Part shown: positions 35,570-43,275 of the stretch, piece by piece
Position numbering within the stretch: position 1 is the stretch's first letter
Layout of the letters: the number at the start of each line of letters is the position of its first letter
Virus record (IMG/VR): IMGVR_UViG_3300031669_000010
Coordinates: 1 to 64,000 of that record
Length of the DNA: 64,000 bases
DNA from: a virus
Taxonomy: Duplodnaviria; Caudoviricetes
Direction: 5' to 3' (one strand)
Made by a program: the position numbers and the translations under genes
Notes under the pieces: model-generated
The model's input: only the letters and a program-made list of their open reading frames with translations
Told to the model about the DNA's origin: nothing
Databases searched by the model: none

Positions 35570-38167
35570 ATGTTAAATGGGTATCTAACAGATGAAATCC
35601 GAATTAATTCTAAATATGCACATGTATATAGATCTGAATATCCCGATAACCTTGAATCAGATTCTATTCCAATTGTTCATAGACATTCTTTGTTGACAGA
35701 AGATTATCTGCGACGCATGACAAGTGGAATTTCTGGAAATGGAATGAGTATTCTTCCTCCAAATTGCAGATACATTGAAAATGTAAAACAAGGTAATATT
35801 GTGATAATTGAAGAACCTCCTGCATTTAGAACAATTTCAATCTATATGAGCTTTACTAAGGAAGTTGAAAGATTGAAGGCGGAAGGAAAACTTGCTGAGT
35901 ATGGTTTTGATGAAGATTTTGCAAGAGAGTCAATGGCCAAAAGATTCACTCTAGCATTTCCATATGTCATATTTATTTTATACTTCACAAGATACAATGA
36001 ATTGTCCTGTGGCCAAGCATATCTGAGAGTAGCTAGACTTTCAGGCCTATCTGATTACCTTCTAAAAATACCACTCACAAACATTGCAGAGAGTCAGTAT
36101 ATCTGTTTTGGTTCTAAGGCTGGTGGTTCGGCAGAAACATTAAATGCAGGTGTTGAAAAAGTAATCGACGTATTTTGGGGAGCTGAGTTTAACACCGACT
36201 ATACATATAACTATACTGCATATAGAGATATTGCCGGCGTAAATTCTTATATGGAATGGCAAGCATTGTCAGCAAGTAATCCCATGTTCATTTATAATGT
36301 TGATTGGATGAAGATTCCAATGAATATTGGGCAGGCCCTTGATGAAGTAAAACGCCATTATAAACTGTCAAGTTCGTCTGATATACAATATAAAAATCTT
36401 TCCAGTATGTTTTCAGTACCTCTGGATTCAGGAAAGGATGAGGCTCCAACTAAGAGATCTCGAAAGAAATATAGATTGTTTTATGATGTTGCCCAAGGTA
36501 TATTTCTTGATGAGAATTACTATGTCCATGTGGGTGATTCGTTCCAAAACAAAAGTGGGACGATGTTTTTCATCAACTCCTTTATTAGTTTTGCAGACAG
36601 TGGTGATGTTAAATATGTCCGCGTTGAAAGAGAAGACGGAAGACTTATCGTATTAAAATTTACCAAATCAGTCTCACACTATTTAAAAGAGCGAACTAAA
36701 GCTCTTCGTTATGAAGCAGAAGGAATTCTGAAAAATGGTGTTGTCGTTAAAGAGAATGATATTATCAAACTGACAAATGCAATTGGAGATGCGGTATATA
36801 AGAAAGTCACTTTCATTCGTAAATCCCAAGAGGGATTCCACGAAGGACGGTTTGGTGATGGATTTTACATTCTAGAAAACACCGAAGGTGAAGTATATGA
36901 TGTTACAAATCCAGAATATCGAGGTATTAAACTGAAGAAAAATACAGATTATCTGTACATGAAAACTGAAAATGAGGTACCATTCAACCAAGGGTGTATT
37001 GTAAATTTCACAGGCATAGAAGCAGATAATCGTGGAAGATTAAATATCGACATGACTCACAAAGACAATGATTTTAGAGGGAGTCCGTACAAAATTCCAT
37101 TGAATCAGTCAAACTCAAACATACGACTGTATGAAATGGATCAAGTTAAACCTCTACCACCTGTTTTCAGACTTGGTCGAAAGTTATTAGTCAACAGAAA
37201 GAATGATAGAAATCTGTATGAAAATTCTGTCTTCGGAACTCCGTATGGTATTATATACGATTCTGGATATGGTAATATGGATAAAGCGAATCCCGATGAA
37301 ATAAAGAAATACATGCTTGGGGAAGATAAATTCCAAGTTAAAAGTTTCGATTTAGACATTGAGTTTAATATAGGAGATAAGGTTGTCGTGGCTGATTTTG
37401 AAAATCCGATCAATATGCTTTCAGTGAAAACCATTCAGGGGTTTAAGTTCACAGAAGGAGTTGGAGATATTCATTTCATATTAGCAGATAAACAGGGCAA
37501 CCTACAACAAGAAGAATATGTGAAAGGAAGATATGGAACAATTCATACCGGCAGAATTAGAAAGATTTCAAATGTTTTTGGTGAACTGACAGCTGGAACA
37601 AAGATCAAATCTAATATAGCTGGATTCCCACACTTCGCAAAAAAAGACACAAATATTATCATTGGTTTTCTGACTGATACAGGAGGACCAGATCCATTGG
37701 TTCTATGCTCCAATTGCTGTACAATGTGGTATAGAGATGTGGTGGAATGCTTTAAACATATTCCAATAAAGTCAGCTGAATGGGCGAAAACAGCACATTC
37801 TCCAATTGATGTAGCTAAGATTAAATATCAACCAGGTGACATTCTTATAGGAACTGGTAGTAGCGATTATAGATCCAATACCGGATGGTTGTTATTTAAG
37901 GTCACTGGCTCAAACAGTATTAAAGCGATGGATTTTAATTACTATAATGCATGGCCAGATTATTTCACTCTGGATAGATATATTACGACTAATTCAAAAT
38001 TTGATTGTATCCCTAACCCACGAATCGGTCCCAAGGCTCAAAGTGAGATGGAAATAATTCGATCATGGCCGAATATGCATGGTTATTATTTTTCATGTGA
38101 TAAAGCCAAATTCCGATTCCTAAACGATGAGAGGAGTATGGTGAATGTTCAAAGTAGTTCTGAATGA
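35570..38167 (+). CDS. Large protein with N-terminal prokaryotic E2-like (Prok-E2 family D-like) domain
   Basis: IIEEPPAFRTI, LAFPYVIF, PLTNIAESQYICFG, FWGAEFN resemble PRTRC-B/Prok-E2_D; directly upstream of JAB, E1 and Ubl genes. Confidence 0.6.
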   Translation: MLNGYLTDEIRINSKYAHVYRSEYPDNLESDSIPIVHRHSLLTEDYLRRMTSGISGNGMSILPPNCRYIENVKQGNIVIIEEPPAFRTISIYMSFTKEVERLKAEGKLAEYGFDEDFARESMAKRFTLAFPYVIFILYFTRYNELSCGQAYLRVARLSGLSDYLLKIPLTNIAESQYICFGSKAGGSAETLNAGVEKVIDVFWGAEFNTDYTYNYTAYRDIAGVNSYMEWQALSASNPMFIYNVDWMKIPMNIGQALDEVKRHYKLSSSSDIQYKNLSSMFSVPLDSGKDEAPTKRSRKKYRLFYDVAQGIFLDENYYVHVGDSFQNKSGTMFFINSFISFADSGDVKYVRVEREDGRLIVLKFTKSVSHYLKERTKALRYEAEGILKNGVVVKENDIIKLTNAIGDAVYKKVTFIRKSQEGFHEGRFGDGFYILENTEGEVYDVTNPEYRGIKLKKNTDYLYMKTENEVPFNQGCIVNFTGIEADNRGRLNIDMTHKDNDFRGSPYKIPLNQSNSNIRLYEMDQVKPLPPVFRLGRKLLVNRKNDRNLYENSVFGTPYGIIYDSGYGNMDKANPDEIKKYMLGEDKFQVKSFDLDIEFNIGDKVVVADFENPINMLSVKTIQGFKFTEGVGDIHFILADKQGNLQQEEYVKGRYGTIHTGRIRKISNVFGELTAGTKIKSNIAGFPHFAKKDTNIIIGFLTDTGGPDPLVLCSNCCTMWYRDVVECFKHIPIKSAEWAKTAHSPIDVAKIKYQPGDILIGTGSSDYRSNTGWLLFKVTGSNSIKAMDFNYYNAWPDYFTLDRYITTNSKFDCIPNPRIGPKAQSEMEIIRSWPNMHGYYFSCDKAKFRFLNDERSMVNVQSSSE

Positions 38168-39731
38168 TGGGCAGAATGAAATGCCCGAAGACGATATTTA
38201 TTATATTATTGGAAAGGAGGGTGTGTACCTCAAGAAGAAACTTGGGGTGATGGATAGTCTTGCACCTGTAAAAAATATCTCCATTTTGCAAAGTGTAATT
38301 TCATCTGCACAAATGCATATAACACCCATACCAGGCATGTGGATTGCCAAAGTTATGAACTTCTTCCGCGAAGTTTATAAAGAGTATAGATCCGAAGCCA
38401 TTGTTCTGTTGTTTTACAATGAGGAAACAGGACATCATAAAATTGTTCCCCCTCATCAAAAAGTTGCAGGAGCATCATGTGACTATGATAAAGGGATCAC
38501 TATAGAAGGTTATACAATGATCGGAACCATTCATAGTCACGGAAATATGTCAGCATTTCATTCCGGTACTGATGATAAAGACGAAGAACATTTTGATGGT
38601 CTTCATATGACATTTGGTGATTTGGACGAAGACTATCCAAGTATATCAGCATCAATTGTGTCAAATGGTTTCCGGCAAATGATTGAACCAGAACAATATA
38701 TTAAAGATTTGGTTTGTATGGCCGAGACAAATTCTGTTGATAATAAAGCTGTTAGAACGGTTTATAAATGGGTTGACGGGGTGCTTACTGAAGATGAAGA
38801 AGCTGCTCCAAAATATACCTATCAATGGAAAAAGTTTGACAGGCGATATGATGTTACGTGCTCAGACCGTGAGAGAATCTTTAACAAGAAGTGGATGCGC
38901 ATGGTCGAAAAGGGTACCTATACTTACAAGAGTTACAATGCTGGTTCCGGTTACAGAAGTCTATATGGATGGACTGGTCATGGATGGGGTCAAAATTATG
39001 ATCGTGGTGCATGGTCCCAAGCTGGTCGACTCCTACCACCCGGAGCACAAACACAAACGAAAGGTGTACCTCCTCAGAACGTTGGCGTTACAGTTAAACC
39101 TCTTGAATTTCCCCCGCATACACAAGATGGAGACTTTATGCCTTGCGTGACATGTACTCATAGAATGTGCAAACTTACCTCTGAAATTGAAGAGGATGAT
39201 TTTGAAGAAATGTATTATTGTGAGAAGTGTGGAGAGATTGTTAAGGAGGACGCAGATTTGGTCATTATATGTTCAACATGTAAAACCGATGATCATCTTA
39301 TTCTCTTAGATAAAGATGATCTATTGACCAATCAATATATACCAGGTGATGAATACGACCACATGTTTGACAGGGATTCTGCTGGAGTTATCAGACAAGA
39401 AGAAACCCTTTATGTTAAATGCAAAGAATGTGGTAATGGTTTCCATATGTTTGAGGACGATTCTATATGTCCTTTCTGTTATGCCCAAGTAAACGAGAGT
39501 TATTCCTCGGAAGATGCCTTAGAGGTTCAAACCGAAAACGATTCAGGGGCCTTTCTCAATCAAGAAACAGAAGACGCAAACAATGCAGCATTATTGGAAG
39601 CGGCGAATCGAGAAGATGAAACGCTCGAAAGAATACCCGAACCAGGATCAAATGTAATACCGATACCTGAAAAGAAAGACACCGGTTTAGCAGCAATGTT
39701 CCGGAAAGTCTTCTCAAAGGAAAGAATATAA
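38145..39731 (+). CDS. JAB/JAMM (MPN+) metallopeptidase with C-terminal zinc ribbons
   Basis: E...IGTIHSHGNMSAFHSGTD fits H-S-H-x7-S-x2-D; CxxC pairs CEKC/CSTC and CKEC/CPFC. Confidence 0.85.
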   Translation: MFKVVLNDGQNEMPEDDIYYIIGKEGVYLKKKLGVMDSLAPVKNISILQSVISSAQMHITPIPGMWIAKVMNFFREVYKEYRSEAIVLLFYNEETGHHKIVPPHQKVAGASCDYDKGITIEGYTMIGTIHSHGNMSAFHSGTDDKDEEHFDGLHMTFGDLDEDYPSISASIVSNGFRQMIEPEQYIKDLVCMAETNSVDNKAVRTVYKWVDGVLTEDEEAAPKYTYQWKKFDRRYDVTCSDRERIFNKKWMRMVEKGTYTYKSYNAGSGYRSLYGWTGHGWGQNYDRGAWSQAGRLLPPGAQTQTKGVPPQNVGVTVKPLEFPPHTQDGDFMPCVTCTHRMCKLTSEIEEDDFEEMYYCEKCGEIVKEDADLVIICSTCKTDDHLILLDKDDLLTNQYIPGDEYDHMFDRDSAGVIRQEETLYVKCKECGNGFHMFEDDSICPFCYAQVNESYSSEDALEVQTENDSGAFLNQETEDANNAALLEAANREDETLERIPEPGSNVIPIPEKKDTGLAAMFRKVFSKERI

Positions 39732-40423
39732 TGAGCGATACTACTGAGCTTTATATTTCTGTTATTGGTCTTGGTGGGGTTGGAACTATTTTAATCGAAA
39801 GATTATGTAGATTCCTAAACTATTCAAAAGATCTTACCGCAGAATTCCTTCTGGTGGACGGAGATGAGTATGAGCAGAAGAATTATGAAAGGCAGGAGTT
39901 TTCAAGAATTGGAAACAAAGCCGATATAAAAGCCACCGAGTTGGAAATGAAGTTTAAAGATTTGCGGTTCGATACGCTCGAAGCCTTCATAGACGAATCA
40001 AATATTGAGAACGTTATTAAAGAAGGTGATATTGTTTTTCTATGTGTTGATAATCACAAATCCAGAATGATTGTTTCAAATTACTGTAAAAAATTACAAG
40101 ATGTTATTTTAATTTCTGGCGGGAATGATTTCACAGATGGTAATGTACAGATTTACGTCCGGAAGGCGGGGGCCGATTTAACTCCGGATCTATGTGCATA
40201 TCATCCTGAAATTGCAAATCCCGATGATAGGTTACCGCAAGAAATGAGCTGTCAAGAGCTCGCAAACTCAGATCCTCAGCTATACTTTGCTAATTTGGGG
40301 GTCGCTACTCTTATGTGTTGGGCTTTCTACAACGCTGTTGTTAGAGGGCAATATGAACGGTCTGAGGTTTACTTCGATCTTACAAGTATGACCACAGATG
40401 CAAAAATCCGAATGGTGAAATAA
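39731..40423 (+). CDS. ThiF/E1-like adenylating enzyme
   Basis: GLGGVG, VDGDEYEQKNYERQ, CVDNHKSR, GGN, C-terminal SCQE...PQLYFAN. Confidence 0.88.
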   Translation: MSDTTELYISVIGLGGVGTILIERLCRFLNYSKDLTAEFLLVDGDEYEQKNYERQEFSRIGNKADIKATELEMKFKDLRFDTLEAFIDESNIENVIKEGDIVFLCVDNHKSRMIVSNYCKKLQDVILISGGNDFTDGNVQIYVRKAGADLTPDLCAYHPEIANPDDRLPQEMSCQELANSDPQLYFANLGVATLMCWAFYNAVVRGQYERSEVYFDLTSMTTDAKIRMVK

Positions 40424-40449
40424 AATAGAGAAGTAAGGAGATTAAAATC

Positions 40450-40914
40450 ATGGCTAGAAGTTTTTCGAGAGAAGCACTGGAAGAAAAGACGTCCAAGGAA
40501 CTTAAAAGAATGTGTGTTGATGAGCTCAATATCGTCGGCGTCACCAAGAAACCCAAGGACGATGTTATCAACGCCATTATGGCACAGTACGGCGCGGCAT
40601 CTAAACCCGCTGCAATCGCCAAAGATACGAAGCTGACCGGTATCAAATTCACGGGTCAAAGTACCCTGACGAAACCGGATTCTCCGTTTGGCTCCCGTAC
40701 AACCACAACCATTCATGTTTCCTGTGGTGCATCCTCAGGTAACTTCCCAGTAGCCGGCAAAACAGTGAAAGACGTTGGGGACTTCCTTCGTGAGGTTCTG
40801 AACGTGGATCGTCTGTCCACCGGACTGGTCAATGGTAAAGAAGTCGGCGCAGACTATATTCTGAGCTCCGGCGACAACCTGGAATTCCTGAAACCAGCAG
40901 GAAAAAAGGGTTAA
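40450..40914 (+). CDS. Ubiquitin-like (beta-grasp) protein with N-terminal Rho-N/HeH-like domain
   Basis: C-terminal GKTVKDV...LNV...LVNGKEV...YILSSGDNLEFLKPAGKKG* ends in Gly; N-terminal LEEKTSKELKRMC.ELNIVGVTKKPKDDVINAI. Confidence 0.75.
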   Translation: MARSFSREALEEKTSKELKRMCVDELNIVGVTKKPKDDVINAIMAQYGAASKPAAIAKDTKLTGIKFTGQSTLTKPDSPFGSRTTTTIHVSCGASSGNFPVAGKTVKDVGDFLREVLNVDRLSTGLVNGKEVGADYILSSGDNLEFLKPAGKKG

Positions 40915-40923
40915 AATAAATGC

Positions 40924-40947
40924 GGAGGGAGCCTTCGGGTTCCCTCC
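40924..40947 (+). terminator. cUUCGg hairpin after the Ubl gene
   Basis: GGAGGGAGCC-TTCG-GGTTCCCTCC. Confidence 0.6.
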
Positions 40948-40967
40948 CATACAAAGGACTGAAAAAT

Positions 40968-41567
40968 ATGAATCCAAATACACAAAGAATTCTTGCTGAG
41001 AATAGCATTGATAAAATTTCTTTTTATTTCATCAATAGCCCCATTGTAAATAATGCATTTACAGTGTGTATTCTCATAAACTCTTTTGAGAAGAGAATCG
41101 AAGCAAGAGGAGTTTCTATTTGTTCTCTCATGGATACTTTTTCCAAATCCGAAGGTAAGAATAAAGCGTTTGGACGTGCAGTTAAAGCTATCGCAAGGAG
41201 AGAAAATAACTGGAAGATTAATGGGTCCGGTCGAGATGATGAATTTGTTCCACGGTCGTTCAAAGTGAAAACAGAAAAAGATGATGATGGTTTTAGGGGC
41301 GGAGTTGCACCCGAACTTCAACGAATAAATCCACACCTGCCAATCAGAGTTCAAGATAGTGGTAGGTTTAAAAAATATTCATTTGAAATTCCTGCAAGTT
41401 ATCCCATGAGACTGGCAAACTCTTTATTCAAATATAAGTCACACTACCGACCTGTTCCAGTTGGAGATGAAGAGAACGAGCTTCTTAAGAGGCTAACTAT
41501 ATTTACAGAACCAATCGAAAATGAAAGTTCCAATTTACTTGTTTCAACATTTGGAATCGAAGATTAA
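40968..41567 (+). CDS. Hypothetical phage protein
   Basis: Start moved to ATG 40968; GVSICS..DTFSKSEGKNKAFGRA motif recalled from small phage proteins. Confidence 0.65.
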   Translation: MNPNTQRILAENSIDKISFYFINSPIVNNAFTVCILINSFEKRIEARGVSICSLMDTFSKSEGKNKAFGRAVKAIARRENNWKINGSGRDDEFVPRSFKVKTEKDDDGFRGGVAPELQRINPHLPIRVQDSGRFKKYSFEIPASYPMRLANSLFKYKSHYRPVPVGDEENELLKRLTIFTEPIENESSNLLVSTFGIED

Positions 41568-41581
41568 GGTTCTTAGTTCGA

Positions 41582-41616
41582 GGGGGGTTTCTAACAACCC
41601 CCCACATTTATTTTTT
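41582..41616 (+). terminator. Intrinsic terminator
   Basis: GGGGGGTT / AACCCCCC stem followed by a T-rich tract. Confidence 0.65.
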
Positions 41617-41634
41617 AAAAGGAGACTATAAAAC

Positions 41635-42495
41635 GTGGTGTACAAAAATGTAGTAATAATTGGTCTCGGTACACTTGGTGGGTATATCGCAGAGGCTGTA
41701 ACCAATTTAGACAGCACCGAAAAAATAGTAATAATAGACCACGATATAGTTGAACAGAAGAATTTGAAAAATTCCATATACAGGCAAATTGATATAGGAA
41801 GTCCTAAGGTAGAAGCTTTGAAAGATATTCTTCAACATGAACAACCAGATGTTGAAGTATGGGCGTTTCATGCAAAGTATGAAGAAGGCAAGACAAAAAT
41901 TCCAAAAGAAGATTTGGTTATTGATTGCAGGGACTTTACCTATAATAGACAAAGTGAAATTGATGCAAGATTCTATATATCATCAAGATATTTAATGGCT
42001 GATTTTAGAAAGAATATTAAATACAAACAGCAGCAAGTAGGAAAATACATTTTACAATTATCAAGAAATGATTTGAGACATGCTGCGTCAATTGGTTCTA
42101 TGTTAATTCATAGTAATACAATTGAATCTCTAATAAAAAGCCAATCTGTTCAAAAATATGAACTCGATTATGTCAAACACACGGACAATTGTAGATATGA
42201 CGTTGTGTATGAAAATGTAGTGGGGGAAGAAAAGTTTGTTAATCTCCCCGATAAGATCGTCCCAATTATGGAGATGAATCAAAAAGGGGATTTAACCATC
42301 TTTCTCGGAAGTAGAGTATATCCAATTTCTGAATCAGTGATACCAATTAAAAGTTTGGTAAACAGTTCTGATGTGATCTCGAGTCTTGCATCTGTAGTTG
42401 CTTGCCAAACAGATTTCAATAATTTTGTGATATCTATATTCAAGGAAAATAGTAATGTTTTTATTGAACTTATACCTGATACTGGAGCTGCGTGA
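41635..42495 (+). CDS. Second ThiF/E1-like protein (divergent)
   Basis: IIGLGTLGG, IIDHDIVEQKNL, PKVEALK, VIDCRD. Confidence 0.75.
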   Translation: MVYKNVVIIGLGTLGGYIAEAVTNLDSTEKIVIIDHDIVEQKNLKNSIYRQIDIGSPKVEALKDILQHEQPDVEVWAFHAKYEEGKTKIPKEDLVIDCRDFTYNRQSEIDARFYISSRYLMADFRKNIKYKQQQVGKYILQLSRNDLRHAASIGSMLIHSNTIESLIKSQSVQKYELDYVKHTDNCRYDVVYENVVGEEKFVNLPDKIVPIMEMNQKGDLTIFLGSRVYPISESVIPIKSLVNSSDVISSLASVVACQTDFNNFVISIFKENSNVFIELIPDTGAA

Positions 42496-42869
42496 TGGAG
42501 ATAATTAATCATGAGATAACAGACTATATCAGACCAAGGAAGTTGATTTTTAAAAATGAGATATTTACAATCACCAAATTAGCACAGAAGTTTGAAATTG
42601 CTAGTTATGTGATAAAAACTGTCAATGAAAAAATTGACATGGTTATATTAAACAATCCACATCCAAATGCAATACCAAGGAGTGGTGAGTTTTGTATACC
42701 AAATAACTTACGAAAATATGAGTTGACTCAAAACTCTAAAAATATGATTACTAGCATGTTATCATGCTTCAACTTAGACGATTGTTACTTCACACCTTGG
42801 GATGAAATAGAATATGAAAAACAAGAGGTGATAGGAGCATATGGAAGAAAATCAGAAGATAACCAATGA
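42495..42869 (+). CDS. E2 (UBC-fold)-like small protein
   Basis: HPNAIPRSGEFC matches the E2 HPN-x7/8-C active-site pattern; overlaps the ThiF-like gene. Confidence 0.55.
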   Translation: MEIINHEITDYIRPRKLIFKNEIFTITKLAQKFEIASYVIKTVNEKIDMVILNNPHPNAIPRSGEFCIPNNLRKYELTQNSKNMITSMLSCFNLDDCYFTPWDEIEYEKQEVIGAYGRKSEDNQ

Positions 42870-43062
42870 ACAAATAACAGGTCAGGTCGGATCTATTATT
42901 GATGAACTTGCTTCAGCTGGTAAAAAAGCGATTAGATCGTTCTTTAATTTGATGGTTGAAAGAACGGCTGATACAGCAGGTGATCTAGCTGACAAAGGTG
43001 TTGATAAACTGAAACAGACTATTGACAAAAAGGTGTCAAATGACAAGATCAAGAAGCATTAG
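42841..43062 (+). CDS. Hypothetical small protein
   Basis: RBS AGGAG; 73 aa. Confidence 0.55.
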   Translation: MEENQKITNEQITGQVGSIIDELASAGKKAIRSFFNLMVERTADTAGDLADKGVDKLKQTIDKKVSNDKIKKH

Positions 43063-43273
43063 TATTGAACAACCATCATTATTGGAGCAAGAAATAGTCC
43101 GAATAGTTGATAAAGCTATGAAAGACTCAAAGGTTCAATTAACAGCAGAAGATATAAGAATAATAGCGCAAGATATTATGCCCGATTTGGACAGAATAAT
43201 TGCAGATAAGGTTAGTCTACATTTTCTTGCTATCGGACAATTTCTAATTGAAAAATTCAGTATGGGAGATTAA
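43040..43273 (+). CDS. Hypothetical small protein
   Basis: Start moved to ATG 43040; ends 2 nt before beta'. Confidence 0.5.
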   Translation: MTRSRSISIEQPSLLEQEIVRIVDKAMKDSKVQLTAEDIRIIAQDIMPDLDRIIADKVSLHFLAIGQFLIEKFSMGD

Positions 43274-43275
43274 GA

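Noticed and set aside
39731-40914. Thiamine/molybdopterin sulfur-relay (ThiF-ThiS, MoeB-MoaD) explanation
   Set aside because: No thiG, moaE or cysteine desulfurase nearby, whereas E2-like and JAB genes are adjacent; not excluded experimentally.
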